Assembly: GCA_017415715.1 (NCBI GenBank)
Contig: JAFQFD010000038.1
Coordinates: forward strand, 102,491 to 166,490
Length of the DNA: 64,000 nucleotides
DNA from: Bacteroidales bacterium
GTDB taxonomy: Bacteria > Bacteroidota > Bacteroidia > Bacteroidales > UBA932
Direction of reading: 5' to 3'
Shown: positions 10,529 through 20,191 of the stretch, piece after piece
Numbering within the stretch: the first letter of the stretch is position 1
Layout: each line of letters begins with the position of its first letter
Notes under the pieces: model-generated
What the model was told of the DNA's origin: nothing
Databases searched by the model: none
The model's input: the letters and a program-made list of their open reading frames with translations, nothing else
Translations under genes and position numbers: made by a program

Positions 10529-10562
10529 ATAGGATACAATAACTAAACTAATTATAACTGTA

Positions 10563-11444
10563 ATGACACAAACAATTATCTGGACTATTGCAATCCTCAC
10601 CATCCTCGGTGCGGCTCTCGCGGTGGTCCTCTACGTTGTGGCTGAAAAGTTCAAGGTGGAGGAAGACCCGAGGATCGACGAGGTGGAGAAGGTGTTGCCT
10701 GGTGCAAACTGCGGAGGCTGCGGACAGGCAGGCTGCCGCGCATTTGCCCAGCATTGCGTCGAGTCGTCTCCAAACCTGGACAGCTGCTTCTGTCCTGTAG
10801 GAGGTAACGAAGGTATGCAGAAGGTTGCTGCCGTACTTGGCGTTGAGGTTGCCGCAAAGGAGCCTCAGGTCGCTGTGGTACGCTGCAACGGAACTTGTGA
10901 GAACCGTCCTCGCATCAACGAGTACGGCGGTTATCAGTCATGTCGCGTGAAGGCCACACTCTATAGTGGTGACACCGGCTGTTCTTTCGGATGTCTTGGA
11001 TGTGGCGACTGCGTTGCGGCTTGCCAGTTCGGAGCAATCTCAATGGACCCTGCAACAGGTCTTCCTGTAGTTGACGAAGAGAAATGTACAGCCTGCGGTG
11101 CCTGCGTGAAGGCCTGCCCTAAGGCGATCATCGAGCTTCGCAACAAGGGACGCAGGAACATGCGCGTATTCGTCTCTTGTGTCAACAAGGACAAGGGCGG
11201 CGTGGCACGCAAGGCCTGCAAGGCTGCCTGCATAGGCTGTGGCAAGTGTGCAAAGGTGTGTCCTTTCGACGCCATCACAGTGGAGAACAACGTGGCATAC
11301 ATCGACTTCACAAAGTGCAAGCTTTGCAAGAAGTGTGTTGCCGAGTGCCCTACAGGTGCCATCCACGCAGTGAATTTCCCTGTAATCAAGCCAAAACCGG
11401 CTGCTGAAGCTCCGGCTCAGCCTGTAGAAAAGAAGGAGGAGTAG
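10563..11444 (+). CDS. rnfB: Rnf electron transport complex subunit B (polyferredoxin)
   Basis: LPGANCGGCG, CPVGG and several CxxCxxCxxxCP motifs. Confidence 0.96.
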   Translation: MTQTIIWTIAILTILGAALAVVLYVVAEKFKVEEDPRIDEVEKVLPGANCGGCGQAGCRAFAQHCVESSPNLDSCFCPVGGNEGMQKVAAVLGVEVAAKEPQVAVVRCNGTCENRPRINEYGGYQSCRVKATLYSGDTGCSFGCLGCGDCVAACQFGAISMDPATGLPVVDEEKCTACGACVKACPKAIIELRNKGRRNMRVFVSCVNKDKGGVARKACKAACIGCGKCAKVCPFDAITVENNVAYIDFTKCKLCKKCVAECPTGAIHAVNFPVIKPKPAAEAPAQPVEKKEE

Positions 11445-11448
11445 TACT

Positions 11449-12810
11449 ATGATGAAGACATTTTCAATAGGTGGTATCCACCCAAGCGACAGCAAGATTT
11501 CAAAGGACTGCAAGATCGAAGTGCTTCCTGTTCCTTCAAAGGTTTTCATTTCAGTTGCCCAGCATCTCGGTGCTCCCGCAACTCCGATAGTGAAGGCCGG
11601 TGACCAGGTGAAGGTGGGTCAGGTGATCGCAGAGCCTGCAGGATTCATTTCTGCTTATGTACATTCATCGGTTTCAGGTACAGTGAAGTCAGTGGGACCT
11701 CGCAAGGACCTCGCCGGTAACAATATGACACACATCGAGATCGATGTGGAGGGAGACGAGTGGGTAGAAGGTGTAGACCTTACTGACACGCTTGTAACAG
11801 CGATTCCGGAGGACAACAAGGCTATTCTTGAGAAGATCAAGATGTGCGGTGTCGTAGGTCTCGGAGGAGCGACATTCCCTGCTCATGTAAAGCTTTGCCC
11901 GCCTCCGGGCAAGAAGGCTGACTGCCTCATACTGAACGGTGCTGAGTGTGAGCCATATCTTACTTCAGACTATCGCATCATGCTCGAGAGGAGCAAGGAG
12001 ATCGTTGTCGGAGCCGCTATCATGAAGCAGGTTCTCGGCGGATGTCCTGCAGTGATCGGCATCGAAGAGAACAAGCCTGAGGCCATCAAGGCCATGACAG
12101 CTGCCGTAGCGGAGCTCCAGGCGTCGGCGAAGGGCTATGAAGGCATCTCAGTGATGACTCTCAAGAAGAAGTATCCGCAGGGCGGTGAGAAGCAGCTTAT
12201 CGATGCTGTGATGGGCCGTCAGGTGAAGTCTATGGGACTTCCTATCGACGTGGGTGCCGTAGTCCAGAACGTTGCGACATCTCTCGCTGTATATGAGGCT
12301 GTCCAGAAGAACATTCCTCTCATCACCAACGTGATGACAATCACAGGCGACTGCCTCCCTATGGAGAAGCAGCACAACTACAAGTTCCGCATCGGTATGC
12401 CACTTTCATATATAGCAGAATATGCGGGCGGAATTCCTGAAGCTGCAGCCAAGGTGATCAGCGGCGGTCCTATGATGGGTAAGGCGATAGCCAACATGGA
12501 CGCTACGACAGTCAAGGGCTCTTCATCGCTTCTTTACCTGACTGCAGAGCAGACAGTGCGTGGCGTGGAGTCGGCTTGTATCCGTTGCGGAAAGTGCGCG
12601 GAGGCCTGCCCTATGGGTCTCGAGCCGTTCCTTCTCCAGAAGTATGCACGCAACGGCATGATGGACGAGCTCGAAGAGAATGCGGTGCAGGATTGCATAG
12701 AGTGCGGATGCTGCCTCTACAGCTGCCCTGCCAACATTCCGCTTCTTGACATCATCCGTCTGGCAAAAGGCGACGTCATCAAGATTATAAGAGGCAGGGG
12801 ACAAAGGTAA
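11449..12810 (+). CDS. rnfC: Rnf electron transport complex subunit C
   Basis: GVVGLGGATFP, NGAECEPYLT, YPQGGEKQL, GGPMMG, CIRCGKC and CIECGCC. Confidence 0.97.
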   Translation: MMKTFSIGGIHPSDSKISKDCKIEVLPVPSKVFISVAQHLGAPATPIVKAGDQVKVGQVIAEPAGFISAYVHSSVSGTVKSVGPRKDLAGNNMTHIEIDVEGDEWVEGVDLTDTLVTAIPEDNKAILEKIKMCGVVGLGGATFPAHVKLCPPPGKKADCLILNGAECEPYLTSDYRIMLERSKEIVVGAAIMKQVLGGCPAVIGIEENKPEAIKAMTAAVAELQASAKGYEGISVMTLKKKYPQGGEKQLIDAVMGRQVKSMGLPIDVGAVVQNVATSLAVYEAVQKNIPLITNVMTITGDCLPMEKQHNYKFRIGMPLSYIAEYAGGIPEAAAKVISGGPMMGKAIANMDATTVKGSSSLLYLTAEQTVRGVESACIRCGKCAEACPMGLEPFLLQKYARNGMMDELEENAVQDCIECGCCLYSCPANIPLLDIIRLAKGDVIKIIRGRGQR

Positions 12811-12895
12811 AAACTAAATCCCTCCCACCTGCGGTGGGCCCCTCCCATTCACGAGGCCATGGGCGGCCACGGTTTTTACCTTTGTCCCCTGCCTC
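12791..12895. repeat. 105-bp element with perfect 24-bp terminal inverted repeats (MITE-like or large hairpin) overlapping the rnfC stop
   Basis: gaggcaggggacaaaggtaaaaac (12791-12814) is the exact reverse complement of 12872-12895. The GC-rich core has small hairpins. Confidence 0.8.
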
Positions 12896-12924
12896 CTAAA
12901 TCGATAACTAATTAAAGTAAAGAT

Positions 12925-13890
12925 ATGGATAAACTATTGGTTTCACCGTCACCGCATCTTCATACGAAGACTTCCACAAAGTCTTTGATGCGTGACGTTG
13001 TGATCGCTCTGCTTCCTGCAGTGGTTGTCTCTGTCCTCTTCTATGGATGGTCGGAGCTTCTCGTGCTCGGAGTGAGCGTGGCTTCATGCGTACTGCTGGA
13101 GTACCTTATCACAAGATATATGTTGAAGAAGCCATGCACAGTGGGAGACTATTCTGCTGTTGTGACTGGTATTCTTCTTGCCCTCAACCTTCCTGCTACC
13201 ACACCTTGGTGGGTTGTGTTCATCGGAGCTGTTGTAGCTATAGGAGTGGCAAAGATGACATTCGGCGGACTTGGTCAGAATCTCTTCAACCCTGCAATCG
13301 TGGGTCGTGTGTTCCTTCTGATCTCGTTCCCTACTTATATGACAGACTGGACAAGGCCTCAGGGCTTTGTGGGCGGCGGTCTTGACGCTCTTTCTGGCGC
13401 GACACCGCTCGGTCTTGCAAAGGAAGGCGGCGTCGCTGCCATCGAGAGCCTTGACTACATGGACATGCTGTTCTACAACATCGGAGGTTCTGCAGGTGAG
13501 CTTTCAGCACTCGCGCTCATAGCAGGATTCATCTACCTCCTTGCCCGCAGAGTCATCAGACCATACATCACTCTCTCGATTCTCGCTACAGTGGCCATAT
13601 TCTCAGGCATCTTCTGGGCTATCAACCCTGCCGAGTATACAGACCCTGCATTCAACCTCCTCACCGGTGGTCTCCTCCTCGGATCGATCTTCATGGCGAC
13701 CGACTATGTGACTTCACCTATGAGCAACTGGGGCGGCGTGATCTTCGGTGTCGGCATCGGTATCATCACAATGCTTATCCGTTACTTCGGTGCATATCCT
13801 GAGGGAGTTTCTTTCGCTATCCTTATCATGAACTCGGTGGTTCCTCTTATCAACAAGGTGTGCCACGCTAAAAAGTACGGGAGGGCATAG
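12925..13890 (+). CDS. rnfD: Rnf electron transport complex subunit D
   Basis: SPSPH, FGGLGQNLFNPA, FMN site SGATPL, FMATDYVTSP. Confidence 0.97.
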   Translation: MDKLLVSPSPHLHTKTSTKSLMRDVVIALLPAVVVSVLFYGWSELLVLGVSVASCVLLEYLITRYMLKKPCTVGDYSAVVTGILLALNLPATTPWWVVFIGAVVAIGVAKMTFGGLGQNLFNPAIVGRVFLLISFPTYMTDWTRPQGFVGGGLDALSGATPLGLAKEGGVAAIESLDYMDMLFYNIGGSAGELSALALIAGFIYLLARRVIRPYITLSILATVAIFSGIFWAINPAEYTDPAFNLLTGGLLLGSIFMATDYVTSPMSNWGGVIFGVGIGIITMLIRYFGAYPEGVSFAILIMNSVVPLINKVCHAKKYGRA

Positions 13891-13893
13891 GTC

Positions 13894-14550
13894 ATGGCAG
13901 TACAGTCATCATTCAAGAACATGAGCCTTTGTCTGCTCGTGATCTGTCTCGTATGTTCAGCCCTTCTTGCAGGCGTATATGCTCTGACAAAGGAGCCTAT
14001 CGACGCAGCTGCAAAGGCTAAGAACGAAGCGGCCATCAAGGAAGTGCTTCCTGATGTTGCAGTGACAATAGAGGAAGAGAGAACAGTTGATTTCGAGGGT
14101 GCGACATACACCTACAACCTTGCTTACGATGAACTCGGAAACACTGTAGGATGTGCCATTAACGTGGCTCCGTCAGGTTTCGGCGGTCCGATATCGATCA
14201 AGGTCGGCTTTGACATCAACGGTGTGATCTGGAATACAAAGGTGCTCTCGCAGGCAGAGACTCCGGGTCTGGGCGCAAAGTGCGTCGAGCCTGCATTCTC
14301 AGACCAGTTCAAGGGCTTCGACCCTGCACAGAAGACTCTGGCAGTGAAGAAGGACGGGGGTGATGTAGATGCAATCACAGCATCGACAATCACATCGCGT
14401 GCATATGCAGAAGGCCTCGCTCTCGCAGCAAAGGTGTTCGATGCTATAGCACAGACCCCGATGCCACTGGAGGCAGACGTCGAAGACTCTGCCGAAGTCA
14501 GCGGATCTGACCCTGTCATTCCGAGCGAAGTCGAGGAATCTATAAAATAA
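13894..14550 (+). CDS. rnfG: Rnf electron transport complex subunit G (C-terminal tail partly repeat-derived)
   Basis: GFGGPI, ETPGLG, FMN site DAITASTITS. Confidence 0.95.
   Translation: MAVQSSFKNMSLCLLVICLVCSALLAGVYALTKEPIDAAAKAKNEAAIKEVLPDVAVTIEEERTVDFEGATYTYNLAYDELGNTVGCAINVAPSGFGGPISIKVGFDINGVIWNTKVLSQAETPGLGAKCVEPAFSDQFKGFDPAQKTLAVKKDGGDVDAITASTITSRAYAEGLALAAKVFDAIAQTPMPLEADVEDSAEVSGSDPVIPSEVEESIK
14514..14541 (+). repeat. REP-like palindromic repeat inside the rnfG 3' coding region
   Basis: tgtcattccgagcgaagtcgaggaatct (stem ATTCC/GGAAT), translated as VIPSEVEES just before the stop at 14550. Confidence 0.85.
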
Positions 14551-14563
14551 CGGAGGAGTAACC

Positions 14564-15154
14564 ATGGGAAAATTTCAGCTTATAACTAAAGGCCTCATCA
14601 AGGAGAACCCTACATTCGTTCTTCTTCTGGGTATGTGTCCTACACTGGCTACAACCACATCGGCCATCAACGGTATGAGTATGGGACTTGCCACAATGTT
14701 CGTCCTCATACTTTCAAACATCGTGATCTCGGCAATCGCCGCATACATTCCTGACAAGGTCCGTATCCCTGCGTACATCGTCGTGATCGCTACATTCGTG
14801 ACCCTGCTCCAGTTCATCATGCAGGCGTATGTTCCGGATATCTACGAGACCCTCGGTCTCTTCATCCCGCTCATCGTGGTGAACTGTATCGTCCTCGGAC
14901 GTGCAGAGGCGTTTGCAAACAAGAACAGCATCGTGGATTCTGCTCTTGACGGCATCGGCATCGGACTCGGCTTCACATGCTCGCTCACTGTCCTCGGTCT
15001 CGTACGCGAGATCCTCGGCAGCGGCTCGGCATTCGGCTTCAAGTTCATCGCCGGTGACGGCATCCTCGCATTCGTCCTCGCTCCGGGAGCGTTCCTTGCA
15101 CTGGGTTACCTCATCGTGATCTTCAGGAAACTTACTTCAAAGAAGGCAGAATAA
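14564..15154 (+). CDS. rnfE: Rnf electron transport complex subunit E
   Basis: ENPTFVLLLGMCPTLA, LFIPLIVVNCIVLGRAEAFA. Confidence 0.97.
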   Translation: MGKFQLITKGLIKENPTFVLLLGMCPTLATTTSAINGMSMGLATMFVLILSNIVISAIAAYIPDKVRIPAYIVVIATFVTLLQFIMQAYVPDIYETLGLFIPLIVVNCIVLGRAEAFANKNSIVDSALDGIGIGLGFTCSLTVLGLVREILGSGSAFGFKFIAGDGILAFVLAPGAFLALGYLIVIFRKLTSKKAE

Positions 15155-15175
15155 TATAATAAAGGAGAAATTGTC

Positions 15176-15775
15176 ATGGTAGAATATATACTTATCATCA
15201 TTTCAGCGATATTCGTAAACAATATCCTGTTGTCACAGTTCCTCGGAGTCTGTCCTTTCCTTGGAGTATCGAACAAACTCAGCACCGCTTCAGGAATGTC
15301 AATGGCTGTATGCTTCGTCATCACGCTCGCTACAGTGGTTACATACCTCCTGAACATGCTTCTCGTGAAGCTCGGTCTTGAGTTCCTGCAGACCATTTCG
15401 TTCATTCTCGTGATCGCTGCCCTTGTGCAGATGGTGGAGATCGTGCTCAAGAAGATCAGCCCTGCGCTCTATGCGTCACTGGGTATCTTCCTCCCGCTCA
15501 TCACCACTAACTGCGCCGTTCTCGGTGTTGCCCTGACAGTTGTGAAGCCATCTGTCTATGCATCAGCGGCAAACGGCATGATGAACCTCGGCGAGGCGAC
15601 CGTATATGCATTCGCTACATCACTCGGCTTCGGCCTTGCGATGATCCTCTTCGCCGGCCTCCGCGAGCAGCTTTCGCTCAACGATGTGCCGAAGGCATTC
15701 AAGGGTATTCCTATCGCCCTTGTCACCGCAGGTATTCTTGCGATGGCATTCATGGGCTTCTCAGGACTTGTATAA
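15176..15775 (+). CDS. rnfA: Rnf electron transport complex subunit A
   Basis: VNNILLSQFLGVCPFLG, LGIFLPLITTNCAVLG, AMAFMGF. Confidence 0.97.
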   Translation: MVEYILIIISAIFVNNILLSQFLGVCPFLGVSNKLSTASGMSMAVCFVITLATVVTYLLNMLLVKLGLEFLQTISFILVIAALVQMVEIVLKKISPALYASLGIFLPLITTNCAVLGVALTVVKPSVYASAANGMMNLGEATVYAFATSLGFGLAMILFAGLREQLSLNDVPKAFKGIPIALVTAGILAMAFMGFSGLV

Positions 15776-15827
15776 AAAGATATATTGTGCAAATCGGTTA
15801 GGATTTGTGAAAAATAAATTAAATTTG

Positions 15828-15869
15828 TAGGCGGTTTGTCATTTAAAATGGCAATCGCCTATATTTTTG
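15828..15869 (+). terminator. Probable terminator hairpin after rnfA; its T-tract doubles as a TAnnTTTG promoter match for the next gene
   Basis: taggcggtttgtcatttaaaatggcaatcgccta imperfect hairpin followed by tatttttg. Confidence 0.45.
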
Positions 15870-15879
15870 TCATATAGCC

Positions 15880-18468
15880 ATGCGTACAGTCATAGCCGTC
15901 ATACTCTTATTATTCTTCTGGGGGGGGCAGTATTCCGCTGCTCAGGAGTTCACTCCGATTGTCCGATCGTACGACAGGGGAAGCTATGGCGCCGACAATT
16001 ACAACTGGTCTGTGTCGGCTGCTGCTGACGGTGTCATGTATTTCGGAAACGGCCAGGGGCTCCTTTCATTCGACGGTCACAGGTGGAACCTTGTCCGGCT
16101 GCCGGAAAACAAGATCGCAAGGACTGTCCATGCGGAAGGGGAAGTGCTCTATGTGGGTTCGCACGAGGAATTCGGTTATTTCTTCAAGGATGATTACGGC
16201 TCTTATGAATATGTGTCGCTTTCTGCACTGATTCCTGACTACGAGATGCAGAACGATGAAATCTGGCGTATCATAAGTTACGACGGAAAGGTGATATTTC
16301 AGTCCTTTACCTCGTTTTTCGTCTATGACGGAGTCTCTGTAGAGGCTCATAGAATGCCTGAGTTCTGTCTTTTCTTCAATGTATGCGGGGACAGGATACT
16401 GACATCTGCCGAATCATCAGGACTCGTAAGAGTCGATCCTCTCACCGGGACTTTCACCGAGGAGGATGGAGTGCCTTTCGATAGCCAGCTTGTGTCCGTG
16501 CAGAAGCGTTCCGATTCGGAGTGGCTGATGGTCACTTATTCGGACGGTATATTCATTTACGACGGCAGCGGTTACCGCCGCTTCATGACAGAGGTTGATT
16601 CCGAGCTGCCAGTGTGGCAGCCAAACAACGCCATCATGACCCCGTCAGGAGACATTGTTATCGGAACCAAACTCAACGGAGCCGTATGTATAGCTGCCGA
16701 TGGCAGGAAGAAGTGGAATGTAAGCAATTCGAATGTCCTCAACTGCAACACCGTTCTTGGAATGTCCTTAGACTGCAATGGTAATCTGTGGCTTGCCCTG
16801 GACGGGGGACTTGCCAAGGTGAACATAGATCCTTCACTTACATACATCCGTTCCATCTCTCCTTCGGTTGGTTCGATTTTCACGATATTCTATAGGGATC
16901 CTTATCTCTACATGGGTACAGGCCAGGGACTCTACCGGGGAAAACTGAGTGAAGGACTCGACATGCTCACCGATGTGGAAAGCATTCATCATGTGCTTGG
17001 GAATGTCTGGCATATAGATTCATACGGTGACCAGCTGTTCTGCGGCACCAATTACGATACCTTCGATCTGGCAGGAGATAGCCCTGTCGTGGCTTCGGAG
17101 GTAACTGGGGGCTTCTGCATGGACGAAGGAAAGATCAACGGCATGGATGTCATAATTCAGGGGACATACACTCATCCGTGCATCTACCTGAAGAAGGACG
17201 GAAGCTGGCGATTCAGCCATTCCCTCTCTGATTTCATGCAGCCTGTCAATACTATTGAGATAGATTATTCCGGCAGGGTTTGGGCCGGTCATAAATATAA
17301 GGGACTCTACTCTTTCCGTCTTGATCACGATCTGAATGGAATAGACACCCTTGCCTTCTATCCCTCGCTTGACGGCAGGACCGAAAGGCCTGTGAGCGTA
17401 TATACAATCAACGGAAGAGTGGTCTTCCTTGATGGAGTCACAGGATTCTATACCTATGACGACCTCAATGACAGCATAGTGCCATATACGGAGTTAAACC
17501 AGGCTTTGAAGGATTATCCGGGTTCGGTCACTATATGTCATTTCAGAGACAATCTGTATTGGTTCATATCATCGTCGCAGGCGACGCTCGTGAGTTTTTC
17601 CGGCAGGAATGTCGTGGTGGAGGACATGATACCTTACAGAATATTCGGAAACAATATCCTGGATGAGGATCAGAGCATCACCCCCATATCAGATGACAGA
17701 TGCATCATAGCACTTGGAAATTCCCTGGCCCTCTATGACCTTTCTGCTGAAAGGCAGGAGACGGACAAGGAAGTACGGATGTCGGTTTCGGGTGCAGTGA
17801 TGTTCGATATAGACTCTCAGAATGATTCCCTTCTTCCGGTCAGTCCCGAATCCTGTCCGATGATTCCATACAGGTACAGGAATATAAGGATATGGTACAG
17901 TGCGCCGAATTACGATGAGGCGGATGGATGCAGCTTTATATTCAGTATCGACGGTAATGAGTGGTCGGCCCCTTCCGATGATCCTTATTTCACGGCTGTC
18001 CACCTCGGGCGTGGCCGTCACACCGTTTCCGCTCAGGCTGTGTCAGCCACAGGCGAGGTCATCTCTCAGACTGATTACATGCTGAGGGTCAATTATCCGT
18101 TTTACATGTCTGTTCCTGCATACATCTTTTATGTCATCATTGTCATCGCAGTCGTTGCAGGGGCCGTGCTTTCGTGGATCAGGGTAAGGAATACTGAGGA
18201 GATGATGAAAGAGAGAGCCTTGAGCGAGGAGGAGAAGGAATCCGACGAGCAACGGTTCCAGCGCATCCTCAGGGAGAGGTATCCTGCTCTGACCGACAAC
18301 GATCTCCGTTTCTGTGCATGTCTTCGTCAGAATCTTTCTTCCAAGGAGATAGCCGCTATGATGAACATCTCGCTTAAGGGTGTCGAAGCGGCAAGGGCGA
18401 GAATCCGCAAAAAGATAGGCCTGTCCTCGTCTGATAGCCTTACGGCCTTCATGGTGGGGCTGAAGTAG
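15880..18468 (+). CDS. Membrane-spanning PUL regulator: periplasmic beta-propeller/Y_Y_Y-like sensor, TM helix, C-terminal LuxR-type HTH
   Basis: Signal peptide, propeller repeats (GVMYFGN, NLWLALDGGL), TM at about aa 745-770, C-terminal LTDNDLRFCACLRQNLSSKEIAAMMNISLKGVEAARARIRKK. Confidence 0.88.
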   Translation: MRTVIAVILLLFFWGGQYSAAQEFTPIVRSYDRGSYGADNYNWSVSAAADGVMYFGNGQGLLSFDGHRWNLVRLPENKIARTVHAEGEVLYVGSHEEFGYFFKDDYGSYEYVSLSALIPDYEMQNDEIWRIISYDGKVIFQSFTSFFVYDGVSVEAHRMPEFCLFFNVCGDRILTSAESSGLVRVDPLTGTFTEEDGVPFDSQLVSVQKRSDSEWLMVTYSDGIFIYDGSGYRRFMTEVDSELPVWQPNNAIMTPSGDIVIGTKLNGAVCIAADGRKKWNVSNSNVLNCNTVLGMSLDCNGNLWLALDGGLAKVNIDPSLTYIRSISPSVGSIFTIFYRDPYLYMGTGQGLYRGKLSEGLDMLTDVESIHHVLGNVWHIDSYGDQLFCGTNYDTFDLAGDSPVVASEVTGGFCMDEGKINGMDVIIQGTYTHPCIYLKKDGSWRFSHSLSDFMQPVNTIEIDYSGRVWAGHKYKGLYSFRLDHDLNGIDTLAFYPSLDGRTERPVSVYTINGRVVFLDGVTGFYTYDDLNDSIVPYTELNQALKDYPGSVTICHFRDNLYWFISSSQATLVSFSGRNVVVEDMIPYRIFGNNILDEDQSITPISDDRCIIALGNSLALYDLSAERQETDKEVRMSVSGAVMFDIDSQNDSLLPVSPESCPMIPYRYRNIRIWYSAPNYDEADGCSFIFSIDGNEWSAPSDDPYFTAVHLGRGRHTVSAQAVSATGEVISQTDYMLRVNYPFYMSVPAYIFYVIIVIAVVAGAVLSWIRVRNTEEMMKERALSEEEKESDEQRFQRILRERYPALTDNDLRFCACLRQNLSSKEIAAMMNISLKGVEAARARIRKKIGLSSSDSLTAFMVGLK

Positions 18469-18566
18469 GGTTGAAATAGGGGTGGAATTATTTCGAAATA
18501 ATCGGCTGGTGGTGTTTTAGTGGGGAGTGTTTTTTTAGTGTGGGATGTCGCGTATATCTATTTTTG
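18454..18566 (+). promoter_or_regulatory. PUL promoter region: 11-bp-period G-rich direct repeats, 16-bp palindrome and -7 element TATTTTTG
   Basis: gtggggctgaa/gtagggttgaa/ataggggtgga (18454-18486), attatttcgaaataat (18487-18502), TAnnTTTG at 18559-18566. Confidence 0.55.
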
Positions 18567-18598
18567 TGCTGCTAACAACAAATACACACTGATAACAC

Positions 18599-20176
18599 AT
18601 GAAAATCATTTTATCTGTCTTGGCCGCATCGTTGCTTCTTGCTTCGTGCAGCGGAGAGACTGACCGTAATTCAAGCAAGATAAGGATCCCGTCCACGATG
18701 GAGGCAAAGGGATATCCTGCCCATGTTCACCTGAAATGGGACGAGAACACCGGTTCCACATATGAGATATATCGCGCGGAAGATGGAGGCTCTTTCAGAA
18801 GATGTGCAAGCGTTGAGGGCGGTGAATACATGGATTTCTCGATAGGGAAGTCCGATGTTCCCCGTAAGTTCTCATATCGCATCTGTCCCGCAGGCTTTCC
18901 GGCAGACAGCGCAGCTAGACTTCAGGTCGATGCCGAAGTTCCTGCCGCTTCGGATTCTGCACTTCTCGATATGGTGCAGGAATACACTCTCGGATATTTC
19001 ACAGATTTCGCTCATCCTAAAGCTGGCCTTGCACGAGAGCGTAGCAATGACCGCAACGGTGACATCGTGACCACCGGAGGCACAGGCTTCGGTCTCATGG
19101 CAATGATTGCCGGAGTTGAAAGAGGGTTCATTGCCAGGGAGAAGGCTATGGAGATCATGGACAGGACGGTCACTTTCCTTGAAGAGTGCGAGACGTTCCA
19201 CGGGGCTTGGGCGCACTGGTATGACGGAGACTCCGGCAAGACATTCAGCTTCAGTCAATATGATAATGGTGGCGATATTGTCGAGACTGCTTTTCTTGTA
19301 GAGGGACTGCTTACAGTCAGGCAGTGGCTCGCGGATACCGATGATCCGGCTGAGAAAGGGTTGGCAGAGCGTTGCGACAAGCTATGGAAAGATGTGGAAT
19401 GGGATTGGTATTCACGTGGAGAGGAAGCCCTTTACTGGCACTGGTCAAAGGATCACGGCTGGAAGATGAATCATAAGATCAGAGGCTTTGACGAGACATT
19501 TATCACATATGTTCTCGGTGTGTCCTCTCCGACTCATCCGATTTCTCCAAAAGTGTACGAGACCTGTTACAAGGATTCTCCTGTATATTTCAATGGCAAG
19601 GAGTATTATGGTATCAGGCTTGACCTTGGAATGGAGTACGGTGGTCCGCTCTTCTTTACACATTACTCATTTATCGGTATGGATCCTCGTGTCCTGAATG
19701 TTGATGGCTTCGATCTTTATGAGCGCAATAAGGCTCATTCACTCATCCATTACAGATATGCTATAGACAATCCGAAGGGACATGCCGGATTAGGTGCAGA
19801 CCTTTGGGGATTCACTTCTTCCGATGATCCCCTCGTCGGCTATACTTCACATCATCCGAATACTGATGCCGAGAACGGAACCGTTTCCCCTACAGCGGCA
19901 GTCAGCTCGATTGTCTATACTCCGGAGGAGTCTCTGGGTGTGATCAGACATCTTTATTATGACCTTGGTTCCAAAGTGTTCGGAAAATATGGTTTCTATG
20001 ATGCCTATAATCCCTCAATGGTTGACGGCCAGCAGGTGGTCAAGACTTTCCTTGCCATCGATCAGGGACCTCAGGTGGGCATGATTGAAAATTATCGTTC
20101 CGGTCTTTTGTGGGATCTATTCATGACCGCCCCTGAAATCCAGAATGGACTTGAAAGATTAGGATTCACTAAATAA
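18599..20176 (+). CDS. GH144 (glucoamylase-like) beta-1,2-glucanase lipoprotein with N-terminal Fn3-like domain
   Basis: Lipobox LLASC, GLARER, TGGTGFG, FHGAWAHW, DIVETAFL, LYWHWS, GGPLFFTHYSF, LAIDQGP. Confidence 0.88.
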   Translation: MKIILSVLAASLLLASCSGETDRNSSKIRIPSTMEAKGYPAHVHLKWDENTGSTYEIYRAEDGGSFRRCASVEGGEYMDFSIGKSDVPRKFSYRICPAGFPADSAARLQVDAEVPAASDSALLDMVQEYTLGYFTDFAHPKAGLARERSNDRNGDIVTTGGTGFGLMAMIAGVERGFIAREKAMEIMDRTVTFLEECETFHGAWAHWYDGDSGKTFSFSQYDNGGDIVETAFLVEGLLTVRQWLADTDDPAEKGLAERCDKLWKDVEWDWYSRGEEALYWHWSKDHGWKMNHKIRGFDETFITYVLGVSSPTHPISPKVYETCYKDSPVYFNGKEYYGIRLDLGMEYGGPLFFTHYSFIGMDPRVLNVDGFDLYERNKAHSLIHYRYAIDNPKGHAGLGADLWGFTSSDDPLVGYTSHHPNTDAENGTVSPTAAVSSIVYTPEESLGVIRHLYYDLGSKVFGKYGFYDAYNPSMVDGQQVVKTFLAIDQGPQVGMIENYRSGLLWDLFMTAPEIQNGLERLGFTK

Positions 20177-20191
20177 TTAATACACTTTATA

